64,000 nucleotides of DNA from Candidatus Sulfomarinibacteraceae bacterium (GCA_963796455.1 CAWCLO010000004.1:928001-992000), one strand, 5' to 3'. Shown: positions 49,918-60,726, counted from the stretch's first letter. Notes: generated from the letters alone by a model not told the origin. Numbers and translations are program-made.

Positions 49918-51466
49918 CCGGAGCCGATGTTACAAAACGCCATACCGGGTCCTCATCTGTTTTGACGAGTGTCGAGGCCTCGACACGGGAGCGAAACCTC
50001 GCCAGCAATTCGCCGAGCGAACTGCCCGTCGCCGCGGCCTGAAGGGCGTCGAAGACCCCGACATCGCCGCGGCTGAGAAAGGCCTGCCACTGGGCCTCAC
50101 GATAGCCCGGGTGGTCGATTCGGACCCCGCCGAGACCGCTGATCCCGCGCTGAATCAGTTTCATCCTCCGCCGCGCTTCATGTTGGCTGAGCATGAGCTC
50201 CTTCGAATAGGGGGTGTAGGGCTTCGGCACCAAAACGTTGAAGCCGGCGTGAAGGGTCCCGACCCGTCCACGTTCGCGGCCGTAACCCACCATCACTGCC
50301 CGCACCCGGGTGATGAGGTCCACGATGCCGGCGAGGTCGGTGTCGGTCTCGCCGGGAAGACCGATGATGAAGTACATCTTCAGGCTTTCGATACCGCAGC
50401 GCTGTGCGGTTTCGGCGGCGGCGAGAATGGCGCTGTTCGGGATCGGTTTTTTGAGCTTGCGGCGGAGCTCATCGCTCCCGGTTTCCGGTGCGATGGTGAC
50501 CGATCGCGCCCCGGATTCCGCGAGAGGTCGCAGGACATCCTCCGTCATCGCCGGAATTCGCAGCGATGATAGGGCCACATTCAGATCCCGACGTCGGCAC
50601 TGGTGCAGGATCTCCGCCAGACGTGGGTGATCACCGACGGCGGTGGCGACGAATCCGATACGGTCGCTGATCTGCGCGATTCGGTCGACTCGAGCGAGGA
50701 TGCCCTCCTCCGAATAACAACGGAGTCGGCCGTAGTTGTAGCTCACCCAACAATAACGGCACTTCTCGGGACAGCCTCGCGACATCTCGACGAGGCCACG
50801 ACCACTGTATTCGGTATGAGGAGTCACCATGTGGGAGGCTGGAACCATGGCGTTGTCGGCCATGTGTTCATCACGCTTTTCGATTCGTCTCCGGCGGCCG
50901 TTTGGACGCCCATTCTCGTCGAGATGGTGGAGCGGCACGAAATACCCGTCCCGCGTCGCCAACTCCAGGAGGAGCCGGTCGCGATCACGGATTTCGAGAC
51001 ACAGCTCGAGCAAGGGCGGCCACAATCGTTCGGCGGATCCGAGGACGAAGACGTCGACGGCCGGCGACAAGGGGAGGGGATTGATGGATGCCACCGCGCC
51101 ACCCATGACCAGTAGGGGATGCCGATGGTCGCGTTCTTCCCTTCGAGTCGGGATACCGGCTGCCTGAAGAGTCGAAAGCAGATTCGCGGCATCGAGTTCG
51201 AAGGAGCAGCTCCAAGCGAGGAGATCGAGATCGCCGAGTCCACAACCGGTTTCCAGAGTCCTGCCGTTTCCCGGCGCATCCGAGAAGAAGCGTTCGATCC
51301 CGACGTCCTCACATCGGCCGGCGATCTCCACCACCCACTGGAACGCGAGCGAAGACATCGCAACGTGATATGTGTTCGGGTAACCGACACCCACCCTCAG
51401 CTTGCCTGCGGTGGAGACATCGAACACCCGCTTTTCGGAATTCAGCAGGTGACGGCGTTCGGTCAT
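49895..51466 (-). CDS. radical SAM protein
   Basis: YPNTY..AMSSL, RGCPEKCRYC, SSLR, TIAPETG, KMYFIIGLP; start ATG 51466 or TTG 51472 after GGAGAGG. Confidence 0.88.
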   Translation of the reverse strand: MTERRHLLNSEKRVFDVSTAGKLRVGVGYPNTYHVAMSSLAFQWVVEIAGRCEDVGIERFFSDAPGNGRTLETGCGLGDLDLLAWSCSFELDAANLLSTLQAAGIPTRREERDHRHPLLVMGGAVASINPLPLSPAVDVFVLGSAERLWPPLLELCLEIRDRDRLLLELATRDGYFVPLHHLDENGRPNGRRRRIEKRDEHMADNAMVPASHMVTPHTEYSGRGLVEMSRGCPEKCRYCWVSYNYGRLRCYSEEGILARVDRIAQISDRIGFVATAVGDHPRLAEILHQCRRRDLNVALSSLRIPAMTEDVLRPLAESGARSVTIAPETGSDELRRKLKKPIPNSAILAAAETAQRCGIESLKMYFIIGLPGETDTDLAGIVDLITRVRAVMVGYGRERGRVGTLHAGFNVLVPKPYTPYSKELMLSQHEARRRMKLIQRGISGLGGVRIDHPGYREAQWQAFLSRGDVGVFDALQAAATGSSLGELLARFRSRVEASTLVKTDEDPVWRFVTSAPVSALPGS

Positions 51467-51639
51467 CGTCAAAGCAAAGCACCTCTCCGGTCGCGCGAAC
51501 CCGTGCAGTCGATATTTTCGAAGGCGGTGGCGCAACCGAACGAAATAATTGAATTGGTCACTGGACGAGCATACGGCACCCTGTACAATAGCGGTTCTGC
51601 AGACCTCCGCATGGTCCGCGTCAAAGGAAGCTCCACAGC

Positions 51640-52356
51640 GTGACTGCCCCACGAAACGACCGAACACACCCAATATTGGTGGCGATAGATGGACCGGCCG
51701 GGGCCGGAAAATCAACCGTGGCGGCGGGTTTGGCCGCCAGGCTCGGCATTCCCTACCTCGACACGGGCGCCATGTATCGGGCGGTGGCGCTGCTGGCCAT
51801 CCGCGACGGTCTTCCCGCTACCCTCGATTTGGAATCGGCGCGACGCGTCGTGGAACTGATGAACGAGCACGATATCGACGTCGCTGCGGATGTTGATGGC
51901 ACCCGGATCCTGATTGATGGTGAGGATGTGAGTTCCGAAATCCGTTCCCCCGAGTGCTCGATGATGGCTTCTGGAGTATCCGCTGTCAGTGAGGTCCGGC
52001 AGGCCCTGGTCCCCATCCAGAGGAGGCTCGGTCTCGAAAAGGGCGGGGTCATGGAGGGACGTGATATCGGATCGGTGGTTCTCCCCGATGCGGATCTCAA
52101 GGTATTTCTCACGGCTGATTCGGAGCAGCGAGCTCTGAGACGCCATCGCGACCTTGTGGAGGACCAGATCGAGACGACTCTCGACGAGGTTCGGCGGCAA
52201 CAGAATCAGCGCGATCATCAGGACACCTCACGCGCCGATTCACCCCTCCAGGTAGCTCGTGGCGCGATCGTGGTCGACACCTCGAAGCTGAGCCTGGAGG
52301 AGGTCATTGATCGACTGTCGGAGGAGCTGGGCAACGTTTTCGATCACGATGCTTGA
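51640..52356 (+). CDS. cmk: cytidylate kinase
   Basis: AIDGPAGAGKST, DTGAMYR, EGRDIG, KVFLTA. Confidence 0.96.
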   Translation: MTAPRNDRTHPILVAIDGPAGAGKSTVAAGLAARLGIPYLDTGAMYRAVALLAIRDGLPATLDLESARRVVELMNEHDIDVAADVDGTRILIDGEDVSSEIRSPECSMMASGVSAVSEVRQALVPIQRRLGLEKGGVMEGRDIGSVVLPDADLKVFLTADSEQRALRRHRDLVEDQIETTLDEVRRQQNQRDHQDTSRADSPLQVARGAIVVDTSKLSLEEVIDRLSEELGNVFDHDA

Positions 52357-52439
52357 CAGTATCGTGCATTAGGCCGTAAGGTCATCAAATTACAGAGGCT
52401 AGGTTCACAATGGGGTGAGTCTAGCGAGGAGGAACAGTC

Positions 52440-54590
52440 TTGAGTATGGACCCGGAAATGAATGGTGATCTGGAACAAGAGGAGGGAATGAACGAGCTCT
52501 CCATGGAACAGCTGATGGAGACGTCCCTGCAGTCTCTGAAGGAAGGCGAAGTCGTTCACGGTGTTGTGGTGGCGGTCGACAGCGATGAAGTGTTGGTCGA
52601 CATCGGTTACAAGTGTGAGGGCAGCGTCTCCGTTTCAGAGTTCACGGATCCCGAGACCAACGAGGTCACGGTATCGGTCAACGACGAGGTCGAGGTCTTC
52701 GTGGAGCGTATGGATGAGGGAGAAGGGCGTGTCCGCCTCTCTCGCGACCGCGCCGCAAAGCTCAAGATCTGGCGTACGATCGAGGAAGCCTACAAATCCG
52801 GAGTTCCCGTCACGGGGCAGGTTCTGGAGAGAGTCAAGGGAGGCCTGTCGGTCGATATCGGCGTTCGTGCCTTTCTTCCCGGCTCGCTGGTGGACCTGCT
52901 CCCCAACCGCCGACTCGAAGATTATCTCGAACAGGAGATCGAGGCCCGCATCATCTCCTTTGACCGCCGTCGCTCCAACGTTGTCTTGTCGCGAAAAGCC
53001 ATCCTCGAAGAGGCCCAGGGCAAGGTCAAAGAAGAGACCATGGAAACCCTCGAAGAGGGCAAACTGGTCAATGGAGTGGTCAAGAACCTGACCGACTATG
53101 GGGTTTTTGTTGATCTCGGAGGTCTCGACGGCCTGCTCCACATCACCGATATCTCCTGGGGACGCGTCGGTCACCCGACCGAGTATTTCAACGTCGGCGA
53201 CGAGGTGGATGTGGTGGTACTGAGGTTCGATCGCGAACGCGAGCGAGTCTCGTTAGGCTACAAACAACGCTTCGAAGACCCATGGATTCTGGTGCCGGAG
53301 AAATACCCTGTCGGCAAGAGAGTCGAGGGCAAGGTTGTCAGCATCGTGGACTATGGAGCTTTTGTGGTCCTCGAAGAGGGCGTCGAAGGCCTGATCCATG
53401 TCAGCGAAATGTCGTGGACAAAAAAGGTCAAGAATCCTCGTTCCATCCTCGAGATCGACCAGGAAGTCGAGGTCGTGGTCTCCGAAGTCGATGCCGATAA
53501 GAGACGCCTGTCCCTGTCCCTGCGTGCGACGGAGCCCAATCCCTGGGAGAAGGTGGCCGAGTCCTACAACGTCGGGAGCTCCGTCAAGGGTGTGGTCCGC
53601 AATCTGACGGATTTCGGCGCGTTTATCGAAATCATTCCCGGAGTGGACGGTCTGGTCCACATCTCAGATATGTCGTGGACCCGCCGGATCAACCATCCTT
53701 CGGAGGTCGTGCAAAAGGGCGAAGAGGTCGAGGCGGTCATCACTTCGATCGATTCGTACAATCAGCGGATCTCGCTTTCCATGAAAGAGCTCATGCCGAA
53801 CGAATGGGAAGAGTACGCCAACACCCATGGAGTCGGCGATGTGGGCAACGGGAAGGTCACCAACATCACCGATTTCGGTGTCTTTGTGGAGCTCGCCCCC
53901 GGTGTCGAGGGTTTGTGTCACATCTCCGAAATCGATCGCGATGAGAGTCTCTCCCTGGCGGAGATGTTCAGCACCGGGCAGCAGGTGATGTGCCGGATTC
54001 TGCGGATCGACTGGCACGAGAGCCGCATCGGTCTTTCGATGCATGGTGTCCAGCAGGATGATGTCGAGGCGGTTATAGCTGCCGAAGAGAGTTCTTCCAC
54101 CAATACCGCCATGGCTGCGGCTCTGCGCGCCGTCGGCATCGGTGATGACGAAGCCGAGACCGAGGCATCGACCGACGAGGCCGATGTGGTCGCCGAAGAG
54201 ACGGCGGCGGCTGGAGACGTCGTCGATGAATCCGCAGAAGAAGTGGCCGAAGAAGTCACCGAAGAAGCGGCTGTTGAAACGGTGGTCGAGGAAACGACTG
54301 AGGGTGAAACCGAAGTCGAGACCGTCGCGGAGGTGGCTGTAGAAGCCGAAGCGGCTGCAGAGTCGGATGAGATCGAGGCGGCAGCCGAAGTTGAAGCCGA
54401 AGCGGTGGTCGAGGAAGCAACGGTGGATGAGACCGAGGTCACGGAGGACGCGGCAGTCGAGACGGTCGAAGCAGTCGAAGAAAACGACGAGTCTGAAGAG
54501 GCTGAAGAAGCTGTGGCCAGTGATGACGGAGACGCGCCGGGTGAAGAAGAGCCCGAAGCATCCGCCGATCCGGAAAAAGAGGAAAAATAG
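52440..54590 (+). CDS. rpsA: 30S ribosomal protein S1 with long acidic C-terminal tail
   Basis: Six S1 repeats (FLPGS, DGLLHITDISW, EGLIHVSEMSW...); follows cmk. Confidence 0.96.
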   Translation: MSMDPEMNGDLEQEEGMNELSMEQLMETSLQSLKEGEVVHGVVVAVDSDEVLVDIGYKCEGSVSVSEFTDPETNEVTVSVNDEVEVFVERMDEGEGRVRLSRDRAAKLKIWRTIEEAYKSGVPVTGQVLERVKGGLSVDIGVRAFLPGSLVDLLPNRRLEDYLEQEIEARIISFDRRRSNVVLSRKAILEEAQGKVKEETMETLEEGKLVNGVVKNLTDYGVFVDLGGLDGLLHITDISWGRVGHPTEYFNVGDEVDVVVLRFDRERERVSLGYKQRFEDPWILVPEKYPVGKRVEGKVVSIVDYGAFVVLEEGVEGLIHVSEMSWTKKVKNPRSILEIDQEVEVVVSEVDADKRRLSLSLRATEPNPWEKVAESYNVGSSVKGVVRNLTDFGAFIEIIPGVDGLVHISDMSWTRRINHPSEVVQKGEEVEAVITSIDSYNQRISLSMKELMPNEWEEYANTHGVGDVGNGKVTNITDFGVFVELAPGVEGLCHISEIDRDESLSLAEMFSTGQQVMCRILRIDWHESRIGLSMHGVQQDDVEAVIAAEESSSTNTAMAAALRAVGIGDDEAETEASTDEADVVAEETAAAGDVVDESAEEVAEEVTEEAAVETVVEETTEGETEVETVAEVAVEAEAAAESDEIEAAAEVEAEAVVEEATVDETEVTEDAAVETVEAVEENDESEEAEEAVASDDGDAPGEEEPEASADPEKEEK

Positions 54591-54638
54591 GTTGCTTGCG
54601 GTCCGAGGGGGACTGCGGGGGAGCAAGGAGCACCATAG

Positions 54639-54923
54639 ATGACTATGACCAAGGCGGATCTCGTAGAAACGGTCGCTGAAGCAGCCGACGTGCCGCGCAA
54701 GCAAGCGGATGAAGTCGTACAGGTGATACTCGAGAGCATCATCACGGCTCTGAGGCGCAACGAGAAGGTCGAACTCCGGGGATTCGGTTCGTTCCGGATC
54801 CGGCAGCGTGGCGAGCGCACCGGGCGCAACCCCAAGACCGGTGAGCAGGTGCATGTTCCGCCAAAGAAGATCCCCTATTTCAAACCAGGCAAACACCTCA
54901 GAGAAGAGCTGCTGCAGCAGTGA
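54639..54923 (+). CDS. ihfB: integration host factor beta / HU-family protein
   Basis: MTKADL, ELRGFGSF, GRNPKTG, FKPGK; follows rpsA. Confidence 0.85.
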   Translation: MTMTKADLVETVAEAADVPRKQADEVVQVILESIITALRRNEKVELRGFGSFRIRQRGERTGRNPKTGEQVHVPPKKIPYFKPGKHLREELLQQ

Positions 54924-55438
54924 CCGGAGAGGGTCGACATCTCTTTGCTCCATGGCGGTTGAAGTACGTGTCAACGGCTGATAACCGCGACAAAAGCCAA
55001 TGCATCTTCTGCCGGGCCTACGCTTCGAAGGATGACCGTGAAACACTGACCCTGGCACGCGATACGGGTTCTTTTGCGTTGTTGAATCTCTATCCCTACA
55101 CAACCGGGCATGCGATGGTGGCGCCGATTCAGCACAAGAGTGATATCGGCGACGTCGATGTCGACATATTGACCGAAATGATGGGCACAGCCAAGAACCT
55201 GATGGATTCGCTCCGTGCTCTCTACAAACCCCACGGATTCAATGTCGGTTTCAATGTGGGCGAGGCCGCCGGGGCGGGAATCGAGGAACATCTGCACCTC
55301 CATATCGTTCCGCGGTGGCATGCGGACAACAACTTCATGACTGTCATCGGTGATACGCGGGTGATTCCCGAGGACTTGGAAACCACTTTCGACCGGATGC
55401 GGAAAGCACTCAAAACCGTTCGTGGGAGCGAGAGATGA
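54920..55438 (+). CDS. HIT-family hydrolase
   Basis: APWR..Y, CIFC, NLYPY..GH, HLHLHIVPRW. Confidence 0.92.
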   Translation: MTGEGRHLFAPWRLKYVSTADNRDKSQCIFCRAYASKDDRETLTLARDTGSFALLNLYPYTTGHAMVAPIQHKSDIGDVDVDILTEMMGTAKNLMDSLRALYKPHGFNVGFNVGEAAGAGIEEHLHLHIVPRWHADNNFMTVIGDTRVIPEDLETTFDRMRKALKTVRGSER

Positions 55439-55899
55439 AAAAAAGCCGGTCGGAAAAGAAAACAAACAACCCGAAAGAGGAAAAGGCCGCCTCGAAGGTT
55501 CCGTTGAGGCTCCTCATGGGAGCATGGCTGATTCCGGGTCTGGGGCATTGGTTGCTCGGCAAGCGCAAGCGCGCGATCATCTTTGCGCTCGTGATAGTGA
55601 GTGCATTTGTCACCGGCACCCTGCTCGATGGCGAATTGGGAACACCAAAACCGCAGAACCCATTTTCATGGCTCGCCGCCTTCGCCTGCCTCGGTAACGG
55701 CATTCTCTACCTCATCCGGTTGTTCTGGATTAACGGTCTTGGAGACGTTCTCAGTGGGTTCCCGTTCGGGCTCGAAGGTGGGGGCAACCCGTCGGCAACG
55801 GGTTTTGCCTATGGAAACACCTTTCTCTATACCGCTGGTCTGATGAATCTTTTGACGGTTCTTGATGTTTCGGACATTGCCAAGGGTCAAAAGGACTGA
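55435..55899 (+). CDS. membrane protein (DUF6677-like)
   Basis: 'WLIPGLGH', 'YG..F...AGLMNLL...D'. Confidence 0.7.
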   Translation: MKKSRSEKKTNNPKEEKAASKVPLRLLMGAWLIPGLGHWLLGKRKRAIIFALVIVSAFVTGTLLDGELGTPKPQNPFSWLAAFACLGNGILYLIRLFWINGLGDVLSGFPFGLEGGGNPSATGFAYGNTFLYTAGLMNLLTVLDVSDIAKGQKD

Positions 55900-55900
55900 G

Positions 55901-56068
55901 ATGGACCACCTCACTCTGATGCTGTGGCACGCATTTCTGGTTGCGGTTTTTTTCGCCTTTTTGTGGCGATCGACCACAGCGGGAAGGCGTCGCCTTTTCC
56001 TCAAGACCTTTTTGATCATGGCGGTTGGCGGGACCTTGCTCGGCTGGCTCATGTTCCCGTTCCCCTGA
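55901..56068 (+). CDS. small two-TM membrane protein
   Basis: ATG 1 nt after the upstream stop; hydrophobic; ends GWLMFPFP. Confidence 0.7.
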   Translation: MDHLTLMLWHAFLVAVFFAFLWRSTTAGRRRLFLKTFLIMAVGGTLLGWLMFPFP

Positions 56069-56083
56069 GCTTGAGATGAGGTA

Positions 56084-57211
56084 TTGAGCGTGTCGGGTCG
56101 CGAACTGCTCATCGTTGCGGGAGAGGTCTCGGGTGACATTCACGCCGGCAACCTTTTGCGCGAACTGAACGATCTCGACCCGACGATCACGGCCTATGGG
56201 GTCGGGGGCGATCGACTGATCGATGCCGGCCTCGAGGCGGTGGCGACGGTCGATGAGCTCGCTCACATGGGCCTGGTGGAAGTTCTTCGTGAGCTGCCGC
56301 GGATTCTCCGCCTGATGAATTCGCTGGTTGACGAGGCGAAGCGCCGAAAACCGGACCTTGCCGTACTGGTGGACTCTCCGGATTTCAACCTTCGCCTCGC
56401 ACGAAGGCTCCGGTCACTCGGGATTCCGGTGGTCCTTTATGTTTCTCCGCAGCTCTGGGCCTGGCGGCGCGGTCGTGTTCACCAGGTTCGGGAACTCGCC
56501 GAAGAGGTGCTCTGCATTCTCCCGTTTGAGGTTCCGTTTTATGAAGAGCACGGAGTCAAGGCACGTTATGTCGGCCATCCTCTGGTTGACGAGATCTATC
56601 GGGTCGGTCTGCTTGGCGCCGAGAATCGAGCCCGGGTCCGGCGTCTGGGGCTCCTCCCGGGCTCGCGAGGGATGGAAGTCCGGCAACTGCTGCCGGTGAT
56701 GATGGAAGCCCTCGCGCTGATGCCGACCGAACAGGTCGAAGAAGCGGTTCTGATCGAGGCTCCGGGAATGGAATCCGTCGTCGATGAGGTCCTTGCCGGC
56801 TGCCCCGCGGACTCGAGGCTGATCCGCAGCGGTGGTGAGGACCGTCGGGAAGCGTTGGTCGGAAGTGCTCTCGCCTGGACCGCCTCGGGCACGGCCACCC
56901 TGGAGTGCACCCTCCTCGATGTGCCCATGGTGGTTGGCTACAAATTGCGCGCTCTCTCTTTCGCCTTGGCCCGTCTCCTGGTGAAGGTGCCGAATGTCGC
57001 CCTCGTCAATCTGATCGCCGGCGAGACTGTGGTTCCCGAGTTGCTCCAGAAGGATTGGAACGGTCCTCATCTCGCCGAGGTCTCCCGACGTTTGTTGGCC
57101 GACGATGCCGCGTCACAGCGGCCGGGTCTCGCTCGAGCCCGTCGTCTGCTGGGTGAGCCGGGGGCCTCGAGAAAGACCGCCATGGCGGTGCGGGATTATT
57201 TGCGCGAGTGA
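56084..57211 (+). CDS. lpxB: lipid-A-disaccharide synthase
   Basis: AGEVSGD, DSPDFN, SPQLWAWR, VGHP, LPGSR, SGTATLE. Confidence 0.96.
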   Translation: MSVSGRELLIVAGEVSGDIHAGNLLRELNDLDPTITAYGVGGDRLIDAGLEAVATVDELAHMGLVEVLRELPRILRLMNSLVDEAKRRKPDLAVLVDSPDFNLRLARRLRSLGIPVVLYVSPQLWAWRRGRVHQVRELAEEVLCILPFEVPFYEEHGVKARYVGHPLVDEIYRVGLLGAENRARVRRLGLLPGSRGMEVRQLLPVMMEALALMPTEQVEEAVLIEAPGMESVVDEVLAGCPADSRLIRSGGEDRREALVGSALAWTASGTATLECTLLDVPMVVGYKLRALSFALARLLVKVPNVALVNLIAGETVVPELLQKDWNGPHLAEVSRRLLADDAASQRPGLARARRLLGEPGASRKTAMAVRDYLRE

Positions 57212-57324
57212 AAAGCGTTCTCTTCCGCGATAGTGCCGGATAAGAGATCTCCACTGCAATGAAATTGCCGGAACCCGCGCACCGGCCCACTCGTCCGCGG
57301 TAGAATGCCTGGCTTGGAGGACGG

Positions 57325-58740
57325 ATGAAGACAGCGCCGACACGAGATTTGGATCAGCGGACCGGAAGGCCCGTCCGGGTCGGCATGATCAGCCTCGGCT
57401 GTGCCAAGAACCTGGTCGACGGCGAGCTCATGTTGGGAAAGCTCCAGAGTGACGGTATCGAGTTGACCTCGGATGCTGCCGGGGCGGATGTGGTTGTCGT
57501 CAATACCTGTGGTTTCATCACCGAGGCAAAAGAGGAGTCCATCGAGGCAATCCTGGAAATCGCTCGAGCGAAGGAGCGGGGCGATGTTCGGCGCCTGGTG
57601 GTTTCAGGTTGCATGGCGCAGGCCTATGCGGACGATCTGGCGCGAGAGATCCCTGAGATCGACGCATTCATCGGGCTCGACGAATTGGAGCAAATCACCA
57701 CCGCCGTTCGCGGCGAGTTGGCGGCCCATATTCCCGATCAGCGCGGAGCCTTGAAGGTCTATGACCACAGCATTCCCAGGGTGCTGTCAACCGGTAGCCA
57801 TGCCTATCTGAAGGTCGCCGAAGGCTGCAACAACCCGTGCACCTTCTGTCACATTCCGAATATGCGGGGGCGGTTCCGGTCGCGAAGCGTGGACGATCTC
57901 GTGGCCGAGGCACGGGCCCTCGAAGATCAGGGGATCCAGGAGTTGAATCTGATCGCCCAGGACACCACACGCTATGGCGAAGATCTGGGGCTCGCAGGTG
58001 GGCTGCGAGAGTTGGTGGAAGAGCTTCTCGAACAAACCGATCTGCCGTGGATTCGGTTTCTCTACGCCTATCCGGCCACCCTCGATGAAGGTCTTTTCGA
58101 TCTCATGGCGGCGGAGCCGCGGTTTCTTTCTTACCTCGATATTCCGCTGCAACATGCCAGCCGGAAAGTCCTCAAATTGATGAAGAGGGGAGGGGACTCA
58201 CGCAGCTATCGCGCCTTGATCGAAAAAGCCCGTTCGAAGGTGCCCGATCTGACGCTTCGCACGACCATGATCGTCGGGTTTCCCGGTGAGGGAGATCAGG
58301 AGTTCGAAGAACTCGAATCCTTCGTGCGCGATATTCGTTTTGATCATCTCGGTGTATTCAGCTATTCCTGGCAGGAAGAAAACCCTGGAGCGGAGCTCGG
58401 CGATCCGGTTGCAGAAGAAGTCAAGACACTCCGGCGTGACCGTCTCCTGACCCTGCAACAGGGCATCAGCATGCAACGCCATCAGGAAATGGTCGGTCGA
58501 AACTTCGAAGCCCTGGTCTCCGGACCTCTTGAAGAAATGGAACTCCTGCTCGAAGCACGACTGGCGCGGCAGGCACCAGAGATTGACGGTCGTCTGCTGA
58601 TCAACGATGGCGAGGCGCCTGCCGGTTCACTGGTTGAGGTTGAAATCACGGACGCCCACCCCTACGACCTGGTCGGTCGTCTGGTGAGGGTGGTTCGTGA
58701 GGGTCGCCGGCCGCCCACGCGGCTGCCGGTCATGAGCTGA
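57325..58740 (+). CDS. rimO: ribosomal protein S12 methylthiotransferase
   Basis: SLGCAKNLVD, NTCGFI, EGCNNPCTFC, DIPLQH, APEIDG. Confidence 0.95.
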   Translation: MKTAPTRDLDQRTGRPVRVGMISLGCAKNLVDGELMLGKLQSDGIELTSDAAGADVVVVNTCGFITEAKEESIEAILEIARAKERGDVRRLVVSGCMAQAYADDLAREIPEIDAFIGLDELEQITTAVRGELAAHIPDQRGALKVYDHSIPRVLSTGSHAYLKVAEGCNNPCTFCHIPNMRGRFRSRSVDDLVAEARALEDQGIQELNLIAQDTTRYGEDLGLAGGLRELVEELLEQTDLPWIRFLYAYPATLDEGLFDLMAAEPRFLSYLDIPLQHASRKVLKLMKRGGDSRSYRALIEKARSKVPDLTLRTTMIVGFPGEGDQEFEELESFVRDIRFDHLGVFSYSWQEENPGAELGDPVAEEVKTLRRDRLLTLQQGISMQRHQEMVGRNFEALVSGPLEEMELLLEARLARQAPEIDGRLLINDGEAPAGSLVEVEITDAHPYDLVGRLVRVVREGRRPPTRLPVMS

Positions 58741-58750
58741 AGGAGATCGG

Positions 58751-59716
58751 GTGGAGGTTCTCAGAGATCCGCTCGGAAACGATGATCCGCCGCAGGGCGC
58801 GGTGTTGAGCATTGGAAATTTTGACGGTGTACACGTGGGACATCAGGCTGTTCTCAGCTATGTGGTCGAGCGGGCACATTCGATGGAAGTTCCAAGTCTG
58901 TGTATGACCTTCGACCCCCATCCCATCAAGCTATTACGGCCATCCGACTCGCCTCGTCTTCTGACCACACTTGAGCAAAGGCTTTCACTGATCGAAGCCA
59001 CGGGGATCGAATCCACCCTGGTGGTGCCGTTCACCCACAAGCTGGCTCGAATGGATGCCGCCGACTTCGTTTCCGATGTCCTGGTCGACAAACTCCGGGT
59101 CCGAGAGGTCTATATCGGCAAAAACTTCAGATTCGGCGCCGATCGCGGCGGAGATGTTGATCTCCTGAAGAAGATGGGCGAGAAACTCGGATTCCTTGCC
59201 GAATCCTCACCGATCGTGGAGGCCGCCGGAGGGGTGGTGTCCTCGACCCGCGTGCGCGAATCGATGGCTGCCGGCCGAGTTGACGAGGTGAGTTCGTTGT
59301 TGGGACGAGCGGCCTTCATCGAAGGCACTGTTCTCGAGGGGAAACGCCTGGGAAGGACCTTGGGCTTTCCGACCCTCAACATCGAAGCAGACAACGAACT
59401 GGAACCGCGCCATGGCGTGTATGTGACAGCGGCCTATCTTCCGTCCTTCAATCGCACGTTTCCGGCTGTTACCAACATCGGGGTGCGTCCCACGGTGTAT
59501 CAGAATTCCATGACAACGATCGAGAGCCACCTGCTCGATTTCACGGCAGATGTGTATCGAGAAAAGGTTCGGCTTTTCTTCCTCGAACGTCTTCGCGAAG
59601 AACGGACCTTCAGTTCAACAATGGAACTCATGTCTCAGATCCGACGCGATGTTGCAGATGGGCGATCGTATTTTGAAAGCCATGCGGTTTCCGAGCTTCC
59701 TCTGGTGCTTCCGTGA
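58751..59716 (+). CDS. ribF: bifunctional riboflavin kinase / FAD synthetase
   Basis: GNFDGVHVGH, TFDPHP, SSTRVR, GRTLGFPTLN, NIGVRPT. Confidence 0.96.
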   Translation: MEVLRDPLGNDDPPQGAVLSIGNFDGVHVGHQAVLSYVVERAHSMEVPSLCMTFDPHPIKLLRPSDSPRLLTTLEQRLSLIEATGIESTLVVPFTHKLARMDAADFVSDVLVDKLRVREVYIGKNFRFGADRGGDVDLLKKMGEKLGFLAESSPIVEAAGGVVSSTRVRESMAAGRVDEVSSLLGRAAFIEGTVLEGKRLGRTLGFPTLNIEADNELEPRHGVYVTAAYLPSFNRTFPAVTNIGVRPTVYQNSMTTIESHLLDFTADVYREKVRLFFLERLREERTFSSTMELMSQIRRDVADGRSYFESHAVSELPLVLP

Positions 59717-60726
59717 CCGTTGAAGTGTTTCTGACGCTCTTCGGATCGCTCTTCGTTTCTACCGTTTTTTTGTTGTTCATTGTCGCGCTGGTATGGTGGT
59801 TCGATCGCTACGACCGAGAACCGATTCATTTAGTGGTGATGGTTTTCCTCTATGGCGCGTCGGTGGCGCCTGCGATCGCGCTCTTCGCCTTTGGTGTTTT
59901 CGACAGCGTCGTCGTGAGCTGGATCTCGGCGGATTCCATCACATTTGTGGGAACCACCATTCTAGGACCCATCGTCGAGGAGTGCGCCAAGGGCGCCGGG
60001 ATTTTGCTGGTGGTTTTTTTCACCAGCAAGTTCGACAATCCGACGGATGGGGTGGTTTACGGAACCGCGGTCGGACTCGGATTTGCAGTTACCGAAAATG
60101 TGATCTACGGGCTTGGCGCCGGGGTCCAGATGACGGAAGTTCAGAGCCCGGTCTTCCTGATCGCCGGCAGAACACTGTTGTCGGCTGGTGTCCACGCTGT
60201 TTGCAGTGCATCTCTTGGAGGCTTTATCGGTCACGCAGTCATGACCCGAAGCATGATTGTACGGGCAAACTGGACCCTCTGTGGTCTGGGGATCGCGGTC
60301 CTCATTCACGCCTCGTTCAATCTGACCTTGATGCTGGCGGGCCCATTTTCGCCCGATGGATCACTACGAAGCTGGTTACTGGCCGTTCCCGGCGTCTATA
60401 TCGCGTATTTTGTCGTCCTGGCGGCATTCCTGAGATCTGAACAGGGGATTCTGAAAGAACAATTGGCCGAGGAAGTGCGCTTCAAAACCGTGCCGCCGTG
60501 GGTTGCCGACGTGATTCCCTATTATCGCCGTAGAATCCGCAGCGATTGGTGGGAGTCCCGCAATGAACGGGCCGTTATTTCGCGGCTCTTGACCCGCATC
60601 GCGTTCCGCAAACACGCCCTCCGCAATCTGTCACAGGACGAAGCGAATCTGGCCTCGCTGGAGGTGGTCAGGTTGCGCCAGCGTCTGCGGGAAATCCTCG
60701 GTATCAAACCGCCCGAGATCGACTGA
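59713..60726 (+). CDS. PrsW-family intramembrane glutamic protease
   Basis: DRYDREP, EECAK, GFAVTEN, H...H..FN. Confidence 0.9.
   Translation: MTVEVFLTLFGSLFVSTVFLLFIVALVWWFDRYDREPIHLVVMVFLYGASVAPAIALFAFGVFDSVVVSWISADSITFVGTTILGPIVEECAKGAGILLVVFFTSKFDNPTDGVVYGTAVGLGFAVTENVIYGLGAGVQMTEVQSPVFLIAGRTLLSAGVHAVCSASLGGFIGHAVMTRSMIVRANWTLCGLGIAVLIHASFNLTLMLAGPFSPDGSLRSWLLAVPGVYIAYFVVLAAFLRSEQGILKEQLAEEVRFKTVPPWVADVIPYYRRRIRSDWWESRNERAVISRLLTRIAFRKHALRNLSQDEANLASLEVVRLRQRLREILGIKPPEID

Noticed and set aside
53664..55103. Long minus-strand ORFs over rpsA/ihfB
   Set aside because: Antisense artefacts of the low-complexity acidic tail
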